64,000 nucleotides of DNA from Candidatus Sungbacteria bacterium RIFCSPLOWO2_01_FULL_47_32 (lineage in GTDB: Bacteria; Patescibacteriota; Minisyncoccia; Sungbacterales; GWA2-42-14). This document shows, one piece after another, positions 19,329 to 27,787 of this stretch. The notes below the pieces were generated by a model. That model did no database searches. It worked only from the letters and a program-made list of their open reading frames with translations, and was not told where the DNA came from. Both the position numbers and the translations under genes were made by a program. Positions within the stretch are counted from its first letter, which is position 1. Each line of letters begins with the position of its first letter. The DNA lies in NCBI GenBank assembly GCA_001820685.1, contig MHQP01000018.1, positions 13,881 through 77,880 on the forward strand. Reading direction: 5' to 3'.

Positions 19329-21238
19329 GCATAGCTCGCCGCTCCGATGAAAACCCGATATTGCTTCCCAACAAAGACCATCCGTGGGAAGCGGAGGCAG
19401 TTTTCAACTGCTGTCCGGTTCGAAAAGGCCACACCATCAATCTTTTATACCGTGCGGTTTCTTCTCTCCATTTTCATGCCGAGGCGGGAACGCAACTTCG
19501 CGTGTCGTCCATCGGGCTTGCCGAAAGCAAGGACGGCATACATTTCAAAAAACGAAGACAATTTATTTTACCGGAAGAAGATTGGGACCGCTACGGATGC
19601 GAAGACCCCCGCGTTACAAAGCTCGGGGATAAATATTATATTTTTTATACGGCGCTCTCTCGGTTCCCACTTTCTCCGGAAGGCATACGCGTAGGAGTTG
19701 CGATAACTAAAGATTTCAAAAAGATCGAAAAACATCCGGTAACGCCGTTTAATTCGAAGGCAATGGCGCTCTTTCCGGAACGCATTGGCGGAAAGTACTG
19801 GGCGATACTTACGGCAAATACCGATATGCCTCCGGCGCGCGTTGCGCTCGCCTCTTTCGAACGGGAAGAAGACATATGGTCGGCGATGCATTGGGCGGAT
19901 TGGTACGCCTCGCTTGATTCTCATGTCCTTCCGCTTCAGCGTTCTCACGAGGACCATATCGAGGTCGGCTCGCCCCCCGTCAAAACAAAGCACGGGTGGC
20001 TTGTCATTTATTCCTACATTCGGAATTATTTTTCTCCGAATAAGATATTCGGCATTGAGGCGGTTTTGCTCGACCTTCAAAATCCCATGCGTATCATCGG
20101 GCGAACGAGTGCCCCCATCATGGTACCGGAAGAAGAGTACGAGAGGTACGGGGAGATACCAAACATCGTTTTTCCGTCGGGGGTTCGCTTTGAAAAAGGT
20201 AGAGTTCATATTTACTATGGGGCCGCAGATTCAACATGCGCCGTCGCGTCGTTCAAACTGACCGAGCTTTTGCGTGCAATGTTTCCTCCAGAGCGCAAGG
20301 AGGCGCATTTTAAACGACCTCCGGAAAACCCTATATTGAAGCCTATTCCGGAACACGCCTGGGAGGCAAAAGCAGTTTTCAATCCGGCGGCGGTCGCGAT
20401 TGGTGGGAAAATACATATTGTCTATCGTGCGATGTCCGAAGACAACACGTCCGTTTTTGGACACGCCATGACCGTTGACGGCGTACACATCGCAGAACGC
20501 GACGTGGAACCGATATACCTTCCGCGCGAAGAATTCGAGCGCAAGCTTCAGCCGGGAAATTCCGGCTGTGAGGACCCGCGCCTCACAAAAATAGACAGAA
20601 AAATTTTTATGCTCTATACAGCTTTTGACGCAAAAAACCCTCCGCGGGTCGCTCTTACGTCCATTTCAGCCGACGATTTTGAGAAAAGGAAATGGAACTG
20701 GTCGCGTCCAATTCTCATATCTCCTCCCGGGTTAGATGACAAGGATGCATGCATTTTTCCGGTGAAGTTCAATCGAAAATATATTATATTCCACCGTATC
20801 GGACGAAGTGTCGACCTCGCGTTAGTTGATGACCTTGAGTTTAAAAAAGAACGGCCGTGGCTGGAGGAGCATAAGTGGCTCATGCCCCGAAGAGGTTCCT
20901 GGGACGGGGAGAAGGTCGGCATTGCGGCCCCTCCGGTCAAAACAAAGCACGGATGGGTGCTCTTATACCACGGCGTTTCGGATATCGACCACTGGTATCG
21001 TGTTGGGGCATTGTTGTTAGACAAGCGGAACCCGACAAAAATTCTTGCAAGAACCCTTCACCCGATATTTGAGCCCGAGATGCCGTACGAAAAAACGGGG
21101 CAAGTTGCTCATGTTGTTTTTCCGTGCGGGAACGTCGTGCGCAAAGAGAGCATATACATATACTACGGCGGAGGGGATTCGGTGGTGGGAGTCGCATCTA
21201 TTGAAATACGTGCTCTTATGAAAGCGCTTGGAAAGTAA
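19325..21238 (+). CDS. Tandem two-domain GH130 family protein
   Basis: Two complete NPIL/FN/GCEDPR/VFP/YYGxxD sets. ATG 19325 overlaps the upstream stop (ATGA). Confidence 0.9.
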   Translation: MSIARRSDENPILLPNKDHPWEAEAVFNCCPVRKGHTINLLYRAVSSLHFHAEAGTQLRVSSIGLAESKDGIHFKKRRQFILPEEDWDRYGCEDPRVTKLGDKYYIFYTALSRFPLSPEGIRVGVAITKDFKKIEKHPVTPFNSKAMALFPERIGGKYWAILTANTDMPPARVALASFEREEDIWSAMHWADWYASLDSHVLPLQRSHEDHIEVGSPPVKTKHGWLVIYSYIRNYFSPNKIFGIEAVLLDLQNPMRIIGRTSAPIMVPEEEYERYGEIPNIVFPSGVRFEKGRVHIYYGAADSTCAVASFKLTELLRAMFPPERKEAHFKRPPENPILKPIPEHAWEAKAVFNPAAVAIGGKIHIVYRAMSEDNTSVFGHAMTVDGVHIAERDVEPIYLPREEFERKLQPGNSGCEDPRLTKIDRKIFMLYTAFDAKNPPRVALTSISADDFEKRKWNWSRPILISPPGLDDKDACIFPVKFNRKYIIFHRIGRSVDLALVDDLEFKKERPWLEEHKWLMPRRGSWDGEKVGIAAPPVKTKHGWVLLYHGVSDIDHWYRVGALLLDKRNPTKILARTLHPIFEPEMPYEKTGQVAHVVFPCGNVVRKESIYIYYGGGDSVVGVASIEIRALMKALGK

Positions 21239-21578
21239 GACGGATCGAACCTCTACAAATACTCGGTCGCTTCCCTTAAATACTCTTGGACTAATTCCTA
21301 TGTATTACGCCGAAAAACACACGCGTTCAGTAGTAATCAATAACATTCCGCATCACGGTCATTATTTCTGACCTTGCTCTTATTTTTTCTATAACACATC
21401 GCTAGGACATCGCACTCGGGCTTATTGTCATAATCAATGTCACACGTGCTCTCTTGTATTATCTTCACGAGCACATCTTGAATCGGCTTGACTGGGGAAG
21501 AGAAGAGATTGGCGGTGAGGCATTGAAAGAAATCCTAGATTCCTCTATACTTCAGGAGTTACTCTAACGTTTACCCAC

Positions 21579-21869
21579 ATGGAACAAAAGCCTCGTTGTC
21601 AAAGCTGCGGAATACCGGTTGGCGAATTTATTCAAAAAGACGGGAGTAAGGCAGCAAACTTCGGAACCAACATGGATGGTTCGACGAACTCCGAATACTG
21701 TTCAACATGCTTCCAAAAAGGAACATATACAGACCCCGATGAAACGCTCGAAACCATGATGGAAAAGACGGAAATGAACATGATTGAAAATCTCCATTTT
21801 CCAACAGCGCGCGCTCACGACCTTGTTGAAGAAATCACACCAAAGCTCAAGCGGTGGAAGCGTCTATGA
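21579..21869 (+). CDS. Putative zinc-ribbon domain protein
   Basis: CQSCGIP ... GTNMDGSTNSEYCSTCFQKG ... PKLKRWK. Confidence 0.85.
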   Translation: MEQKPRCQSCGIPVGEFIQKDGSKAANFGTNMDGSTNSEYCSTCFQKGTYTDPDETLETMMEKTEMNMIENLHFPTARAHDLVEEITPKLKRWKRL

Positions 21870-21904
21870 GTATTAAAATTCATACCCTCCTTCACATAAA
21901 AAGG

Positions 21905-21925
21905 ATCCCCGAAAGGGGATTTTTA
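21905..21925 (+). terminator. Intrinsic terminator with GAAA tetraloop
   Basis: ATCCCC-GAAA-GGGGAT followed by TTTT, between convergent genes. Confidence 0.7.
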
Positions 21926-22393
21926 TATTACAGTTCTCATGGCAAGAGATAGTATAACGCCATTGAGCAGAAGTCCTATCGCGACAGCCGTCCAACCGCT
22001 CCAGAGAAGTGTCGTGATCCAAGCAGCGACATTAAGGCCGTGAGAACCAAATCCCGCTCCGACAAGGCCTGCGATGAGCGAGTGCGATTTACTGATAGGG
22101 TAACCGTTCCGCGCGGCAATAAGTCCCCAGAGGATAAGCCCAATCATGGCGGCCGCAATGGTTTTGAGATTGATATGCGAAACATTAACGAACCCTTTGC
22201 TGATGGTTGCGGCAACCGCAGTGCCGCTGGTGGCACCCGCGACGTTCATGACGACTGCAATCATAATTGCGATACGCGGAGGAAGAACGGACGTTGAGAC
22301 AACCGTTGCGATCGCGTTCGGCGCATCTGTCCAGCCGTTGATAAATTCAGCCATTAGGACAAGGAAGAGGACGAAGAGAAGTCCTGCTTCCAT
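21923..22393 (-). pseudogene. Truncated PiT-family inorganic phosphate transporter (N-terminal half only)
   Basis: FINGWTDAPNAIATVVST and PISKSHSLIAGLVGA. At 156 aa it lacks the second PHO4 repeat. Confidence 0.75.
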
Positions 22394-22395
22394 GC

Positions 22396-22656
22396 CTATA
22401 GTTTCCGCGATATTGACTTGACGACGTCCGCCACATTTTCACAATGGTCGGTTGCTTCCTCAAGCTTCTCAATGATATCTTTCCACTTGAGAAACATCCG
22501 GTCATTCACCACAGGGTCGGTATCAAGCGCCTCAAGGGCTCTGCGTTTGACGGTGTTTGCTATATGATTGACAAAGTACCCGTGGAACTTAGCATCGTGG
22601 GAATTGCGGAACATGCCTTCGAGCATTCCCATCTCCAACGCCGAATTTCCGACCAT
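22396..22656 (-). pseudogene. DUF47/PhoU-like phosphate transport regulator fragment (C-terminal part)
   Basis: KWKDIIEKLEEATDHCENVADVV is the DUF47 C-terminal motif. 86 aa, immediately upstream of pit. Confidence 0.72.
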
Positions 22657-22681
22657 TTTATAATATACTAAAAATACAAAA

Positions 22682-23527
22682 ATGTCAATAAACTTTCCGG
22701 TTAAGCTCTTTCAGACAAAAATTTTCAAGTGGTATCGCGTACACGGCAGACACGAACTGCCGTGGAGAAAATCCCACAGCCCGTACCGCATCCTTGTTTC
22801 CGAAATAATGCTCCAGCAAACGCAGGTTTGCCGGGTCATTCCAAAGTATAAAAGTTTTCTCAAAAAATTTCCGACTATAAAAAAACTTGCCGAAGCCCCT
22901 CTGCTGGCGGTCCTGAAGGAATGGCGCGGTTTGGGATATAACAGAAGAGCGGTGTATCTGAAGCGCACAGCGGAAATAATTCTGCGTGAGCATAAAGGGA
23001 TTTTTCCAAAAGAAGCTGAGACCCTCCTAAAATTTCCCGGCATAGGACGCTACTCGGCCGGAGCAATTCGCGTATTCGCCTGGAACGAACCTGATGTTCT
23101 CATTGAAACGAACATCCGCAGAGTTTATATTCATTTTTTCTTCCGCAACCATGAAAAAATTTCTGATAGCAAACTCAAAAAAGTTATAGAGCGCACCACG
23201 CAGAGAGCGAATCCAAGAATTTGGTACTGGGCGCTCATGGACTACGGAGCTGCCGCTCTCAAAAGCGTTCCGAACCCAAACCGAAAGAGCAGGCACTACG
23301 CGAAGCAAAAACCGTTTAGCGGCTCCCGAAGGCAGGCGCGTTCAAAAGTCCTCGGATATATGATGAAAAAAGAAGGCGGAGCCCGCCTTCCTCTGATAAA
23401 GCGCATTTTAAATTCAGACCGAAAACTTCAGAAGTATTCCTTGCAAGCCCGTTCAATCCTTGAAGAGCTTGGGAGTGAAGGATTTCTTGTTTCTCGGAAA
23501 GGCCTTTGGCGCGTCTCTGAAAATTAA
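22682..23527 (+). CDS. mutY: A/G-specific adenine glycosylase, Fe-S-clusterless type
   Basis: LPWR, ILVSEIMLQQTQV, WRGLGYNRRA, HhH FPGIGRYSA. No C-x6-C-x2-C-x5-C motif. Confidence 0.88.
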   Translation: MSINFPVKLFQTKIFKWYRVHGRHELPWRKSHSPYRILVSEIMLQQTQVCRVIPKYKSFLKKFPTIKKLAEAPLLAVLKEWRGLGYNRRAVYLKRTAEIILREHKGIFPKEAETLLKFPGIGRYSAGAIRVFAWNEPDVLIETNIRRVYIHFFFRNHEKISDSKLKKVIERTTQRANPRIWYWALMDYGAAALKSVPNPNRKSRHYAKQKPFSGSRRQARSKVLGYMMKKEGGARLPLIKRILNSDRKLQKYSLQARSILEELGSEGFLVSRKGLWRVSEN

Positions 23528-24858
23528 ACTGCCCGCGCTGCCTCCTCGAGCGTAGTGAGTCCTGCCAAAACTTTTTCACGCGCGTCCTGTTTTAGGGTTT
23601 TCATGCCAGCTCCTTCAATATATGCCTGCAACGCGGACATAGGACTCCGTTCAACAATAAGTGCGCGCAATTGGTTATCAAATTCAAAAAGTTCAAAAAT
23701 TCCTACACGTCCATAAAATCCCGTCTTACTGCATTTTGCGCAGCCTTCACCTTTCATAAACCGGTGTACAACGGTTGAGTCAATATCAAAATATTTCAAG
23801 TACTCCGGACTCGGCACATACGGAACTCTGCAATTCTGGCATATTTTACGGACAAGCCGCTGGGAAATGACGCCGTTGAGCGCGTACGCGATAAGGCTCC
23901 GGTCAATATTCATATCCATGAGGCGGGCAATGGTTCCGGCGACGGTATTGGCGTGAATTGTCGAAAATACAATGCGACCGGAAAGAGAGGAGCGTATGGC
24001 GTTCTCCGCGGTTTCGTGGTCGCGAATTTCTCCTATCATCATGCCGTCAGGGTCTTGCCGCAAAATCGAGCGGATGCCCGTCGCAAAGTCAAAGCCCTGC
24101 GTCGGGTTTACCTGTACCTGCCGTATATTCTCAATAGAAAGCTCAACAGGGTCTTCAAGCGTTATGATATTTCTCTCCTTGCTTTTGAGCTCAATAAGAA
24201 TAGAGTAGAGCGTCGTTGTTTTTCCGGACCCTGCGGGGCCGGTAACAAGAACCATTCCGTACGGGCGCGTGATTAGACGCTTCAGCGCTGAGTACTCCTT
24301 ATCGTCAAGTCCGAGATCTTTCAGTGAAATAAGCATTTCTTCGCGGTTCAAAAGCCGAAGAACCACAGCTTCTCCTTTGACGGTCGGAAAAATGGAAACG
24401 CGAATGTCAAACAGCCGTGCGTGCTGAGCGCCAGAGACTGTTTCAGCCTGCGCGCGAAGCTGTGGATTCGGTTTTTCTTCTTCAGCGCCTGGAATTCTTC
24501 CGAAAAGGCGTGAAAGGGGATCGGAACGCCCTTCCTTTCCGCGAAGTGTCTCCTCTTCGTGAGCGGCTTGAAGGTTCGGCTTGTACAGAAATTCAAAATG
24601 GCCGTCCTGGGGGCCAACATGCGTTGTTATATCAAGGTTGCTTAACGCCTTAATGCGGGTAGTGAGGGGTTCAAGGTCATAGAGCGGCCATAATCCCTTT
24701 TCCTGTAAAATACCGTCTATCCGAAACCGGATGGACATTTCTTTCACAAGGGGCTCGATGTGGATGTCGCTTGTTCGTTCCGTAATAGCCTGCGTCAGGA
24801 CAGTATCAAAGAACTCCTCGATTGTTATTTCGTTTTTCGGCGGTTCGGCTTGAGCCAT
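23524..24858 (-). CDS. Type IV pilus/T2SS assembly ATPase (PilB/GspE family)
   Basis: SDIHIEP, PQDG, Walker A GPAGSGKTTT, TLEDPVE, LRQDPD, GEIRD, STIHAN, Zn motif CQNC...CAKC. Confidence 0.93.
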   Translation of the reverse strand: MAQAEPPKNEITIEEFFDTVLTQAITERTSDIHIEPLVKEMSIRFRIDGILQEKGLWPLYDLEPLTTRIKALSNLDITTHVGPQDGHFEFLYKPNLQAAHEEETLRGKEGRSDPLSRLFGRIPGAEEEKPNPQLRAQAETVSGAQHARLFDIRVSIFPTVKGEAVVLRLLNREEMLISLKDLGLDDKEYSALKRLITRPYGMVLVTGPAGSGKTTTLYSILIELKSKERNIITLEDPVELSIENIRQVQVNPTQGFDFATGIRSILRQDPDGMMIGEIRDHETAENAIRSSLSGRIVFSTIHANTVAGTIARLMDMNIDRSLIAYALNGVISQRLVRKICQNCRVPYVPSPEYLKYFDIDSTVVHRFMKGEGCAKCSKTGFYGRVGIFELFEFDNQLRALIVERSPMSALQAYIEGAGMKTLKQDAREKVLAGLTTLEEAARAV

Positions 24859-25000
24859 ACGTTCGGCAGACCAGTGCCTCCGGAGCAGTCCGACAACACC
24901 GATGCAAAGTTACAAATATGCATATATCGTACCATTTTTGAAGGTAAACATTATCCACAGTTTGCGTTGTCATCCTTGCCAAAACACGCAAAATGGGGGT

Positions 25001-25333
25001 ATGGAACAGCAACAAATGCCGGCGCGCATGATTTACGCGCTTTTTGGAGCCACTATCCTTGTTTCGCTTATTAGCGGGTACGTATACGCGCTGACGGAGA
25101 AAAGTTCCGGATATGAAGACTGATACTCGGCAGGGGTGGAAGCGGAAAGAAACCAAGCGACGCGTGCAATCGCATGCGATGAAAAAAGACAAGCATCTCT
25201 GGACGCCAAAAAAGCCACTGACGCGGTAAACCCATTCGAGAGCACCCAAACGAATCCGCTCGGAGCGGGATACCAGAATCCCTTGATAAAGCGGCGGTTA
25301 ACCTGTTCAAGTAGTTCAGTGACGATGGGTTAA
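25001..25333 (+). pseudogene. Nonsense-disrupted small anchored protein, counterpart of 3945..4217
   Basis: TM segment, an in-frame TGA at 25121-25123, then the same frame continues to AVNPFESTQTNPLGAGYQNPL. Confidence 0.6.
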
Positions 25334-25379
25334 AATTGGTTTTTCTCTATTTACATATATCGACATATTTCGTAACAAT

Positions 25380-25776
25380 TTTTATTTTTCGTTTTTTACA
25401 TTCGCTCTTGGACTCGCCGCTGTTTTAGGCGGTCTCGCATTCACGAATGCCGCCCCCCTCACCTATTGCCATACCATTTCCGATCGCAGAACTTAGAAAT
25501 TGCGCCGACAAACAAAGTTGTTCGGCGTTTTGTGATGACCTTGTAAACTGTCAAGCCTGCTATGATTTTGCAAAAAGCCATAATCTTTTGAAAGAAGGCG
25601 AACGCGCTGCAGACCTTCCAAAAATCAGACCTGGAGGGTGCTCTTCGATTTCGACCTGCAAAGCGTATTGTGAAAACGCCGCGAATCGCGCCATTCCCAA
25701 AAGTTCGATTTCCGGAGAACAGCCCGGCATCTTCGGGCTTCTCCTGTGGCCGTTGATACAGGTTCTTCGGCAATAG
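25380..25776 (+). pseudogene. Truncated, frameshifted paralog of the Cys-repeat protein 4226..6373
   Basis: FPIAELRNCADKQSCSAFC...PGGCSSISTCKAYC matches YPIAELGNCGDENACRDYC...PGGC. A signal-peptide-like stretch (FALGLAAVLGGLAFTNA) lies in a different frame upstream. Confidence 0.7.
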
Positions 25777-25813
25777 TTTTTTAAGTCATACAGTCGCCCT
25801 TGGCGGCTGTTTT

Positions 25814-25822
25814 TGTTATAAT
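25814..25822 (+). promoter_or_regulatory. Extended -10 promoter, probable leaderless transcript
   Basis: TGTTATAAT ends 6 nt before ATG 25829. Confidence 0.6.
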
Positions 25823-25828
25823 TCAAGC

Positions 25829-26770
25829 ATGCCATTTTTGTTTTCAAATTGGATACTCGTCGCCATTTTTGCTTATTTTCTGCATGCCGGAAACGTCATC
25901 ATGGACAAGATTCTCCTAAAAGAGCATCACATATCAAATCCCTTCAGTTATGCATTCTATGGAGGAATTTGGGGGGGGCTTGCCTGCATATTGATACCCT
26001 TTGCGTCCTTTTTTGTTCCGAGCGTTTCGGTTCTTCTGTTAGCGTTCTTATCCGGCGGAGCTTCCATAGCGGCCCTTATGTTCTTTTATAGCGCAATGAA
26101 AGAGGGGGAGCCATCTCGCATTTCGACACTGCTCGGAGGATTGAGCCCTGTCTTCGTCTTCTTTCTTTCTTTTCTGTTTTTCGGAACCTTTATAGAAGGT
26201 TTTGACCTTGTCGCATTCTTCATTCTTATTCTAGGTGGAGTTATCGTAACGTACGAACCGCATCAACATTCCGGACGCAGGCGTTCAACGCGGATAGCTC
26301 TTGTTGTACTTGCTGCGTTCTGCTTTGCTCTTACATATGTTTCGGCACGCGCTGTTTTTAATTCGACACCGTTCCTTACCGGATTCATTTGGACTCGTTT
26401 CGGGGCATGTGTGGCCTCGCTCTTACTTCTGCTCCATCCCTCGCTTCGCAAAAACATTTTTTCATGGTCTCCGCGTCGAAGTTCGCATACGTCGGGACTG
26501 TTCGTCACAAATAAACTTGCGGCCGCCGGAGGTTTTTTTCTTTTAAGCTACAGCATTTCCCTCATTCCTTTCGCGTCTCCGGAAAAAGTAAGCATCGTGA
26601 ACGCCATGCAGGGAATTGAATATGTGTTCGTTTTTCTTCTGGCCCTGTTTCTTTCAGTCTCGTATCCGGCGGTTATTTCAGAACATATTGACGCAAAAAC
26701 AATTCTTCTGAAAATTACAGCCGTGCTTTGTGTAGCCGGTGGTCTTATTTTACTTGCATTTGGTTCTTAA
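25829..26770 (+). CDS. EamA/DMT family transporter
   Basis: About 10 TM segments with a two-repeat architecture. Confidence 0.82.
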   Translation: MPFLFSNWILVAIFAYFLHAGNVIMDKILLKEHHISNPFSYAFYGGIWGGLACILIPFASFFVPSVSVLLLAFLSGGASIAALMFFYSAMKEGEPSRISTLLGGLSPVFVFFLSFLFFGTFIEGFDLVAFFILILGGVIVTYEPHQHSGRRRSTRIALVVLAAFCFALTYVSARAVFNSTPFLTGFIWTRFGACVASLLLLLHPSLRKNIFSWSPRRSSHTSGLFVTNKLAAAGGFFLLSYSISLIPFASPEKVSIVNAMQGIEYVFVFLLALFLSVSYPAVISEHIDAKTILLKITAVLCVAGGLILLAFGS

Positions 26771-26779
26771 GCATCCCAC

Positions 26780-27778
26780 ATGAGAAAACATAAAAAAATT
26801 ATAGTAGTGGGTTGTGGCTTTGCATTTCTTGCCGTTTTTTTGTACGTGCTATCCCGCCCGTTTCCGAGTAATCAAAAAATAAATTACGGAATGACGTTCT
26901 CAAAAATATTTTCGGAGAAAATGAACGGCGATTGGAAAACTGCATATCTCGCACTGCTTGACGACCTTGGGGTGCGCAGATTGCGTCTTGCGGCGTACTG
27001 GCCGGAAATTGAAAAAACGGAAGGAACGTACGACTTTTCGGATACGGACTGGCAAGTGAGCGAGGCATCAAAGCGCAAAGTTGAAATTGTTCTTGCTGTC
27101 GGCGAAAAGCTTCCAAGATGGCCCGAATGCCACACTCCCGAGTGGGTGAACGCCTATCCTAGGGGCGAACGGCAGGAAAAACTTATCCGCCTTATTGAGG
27201 CGGTTATCAATCGGTATAAAAGCAATGCATCTATAAAAATGTGGCAAGTTGAGAACGAGCCGTTTCTTCCCTTTGGTGAGTGCCCCGGACTTGATAAAAC
27301 ATTTCTAGGCAGAGAAATTTCTCTTGTGAGGTCTTTGGACACAGGACGCACGATACTTCTCACGGACTCCGGAGAACTTGGAACATGGATACCCGCGGCG
27401 CGCAGGGGAGACGCGTTCGGAACCAGCATCTATTTCCAGGTAAATAACCGCTTTTTTGGACAAATGGCCTATCATTTGCCTTCAGGATTTTTCCGCGCGA
27501 AAAAGCGCGTGCTTGATTTTTTTGTTCCTGAAAAACGCGACATCGTCATAGAGTTCCAGATGGAGCCGTGGACTCATCTTCAAAACTACGAAACCGAAGT
27601 CGAAGAACAGATGAATGCGTTCTCCGCGATGTCTTTTGACGACCGAATTCTATTCCTGAAGAAGACCGGTTTCGATACCGCCTATCTCTGGGGAGGGGAA
27701 TGGTGGTATTGGCTTAAGACCGTAAAAAATATGCCGGAGTTTTGGGAGAAAGGAAAAAAACTATTTGCAGATGATTAG
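26780..27778 (+). CDS. Membrane-anchored clan GH-A glycoside hydrolase (GH5/GH42-like)
   Basis: N-terminal TM, YWPEIE, YDFS, acid/base WQVENEP, probable nucleophile in IEFQMEPW. Confidence 0.75.
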   Translation: MRKHKKIIVVGCGFAFLAVFLYVLSRPFPSNQKINYGMTFSKIFSEKMNGDWKTAYLALLDDLGVRRLRLAAYWPEIEKTEGTYDFSDTDWQVSEASKRKVEIVLAVGEKLPRWPECHTPEWVNAYPRGERQEKLIRLIEAVINRYKSNASIKMWQVENEPFLPFGECPGLDKTFLGREISLVRSLDTGRTILLTDSGELGTWIPAARRGDAFGTSIYFQVNNRFFGQMAYHLPSGFFRAKKRVLDFFVPEKRDIVIEFQMEPWTHLQNYETEVEEQMNAFSAMSFDDRILFLKKTGFDTAYLWGGEWWYWLKTVKNMPEFWEKGKKLFADD

Positions 27779-27787
27779 CTTTTGAAT

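Noticed and set aside
21230-21312. tRNA-like GGTTCGATCC on the minus strand
   Set aside because: The T-stem has a mismatch, and no consistent acceptor or anticodon stems could be built.
21338-21520. Minus-strand open stretch (LTANLFSSPVKPIQDVLVK...) as a gene remnant
   Set aside because: No recognisable motif or clear start, so it cannot be supported.
25121-25123. In-frame TGA as evidence of genetic code 25 (TGA=Gly) or selenocysteine
   Set aside because: TGA terminates intact genes here (for example hutU), long genes contain no internal TGA, and the neighbouring gene is also broken. A nonsense mutation is the simpler explanation.
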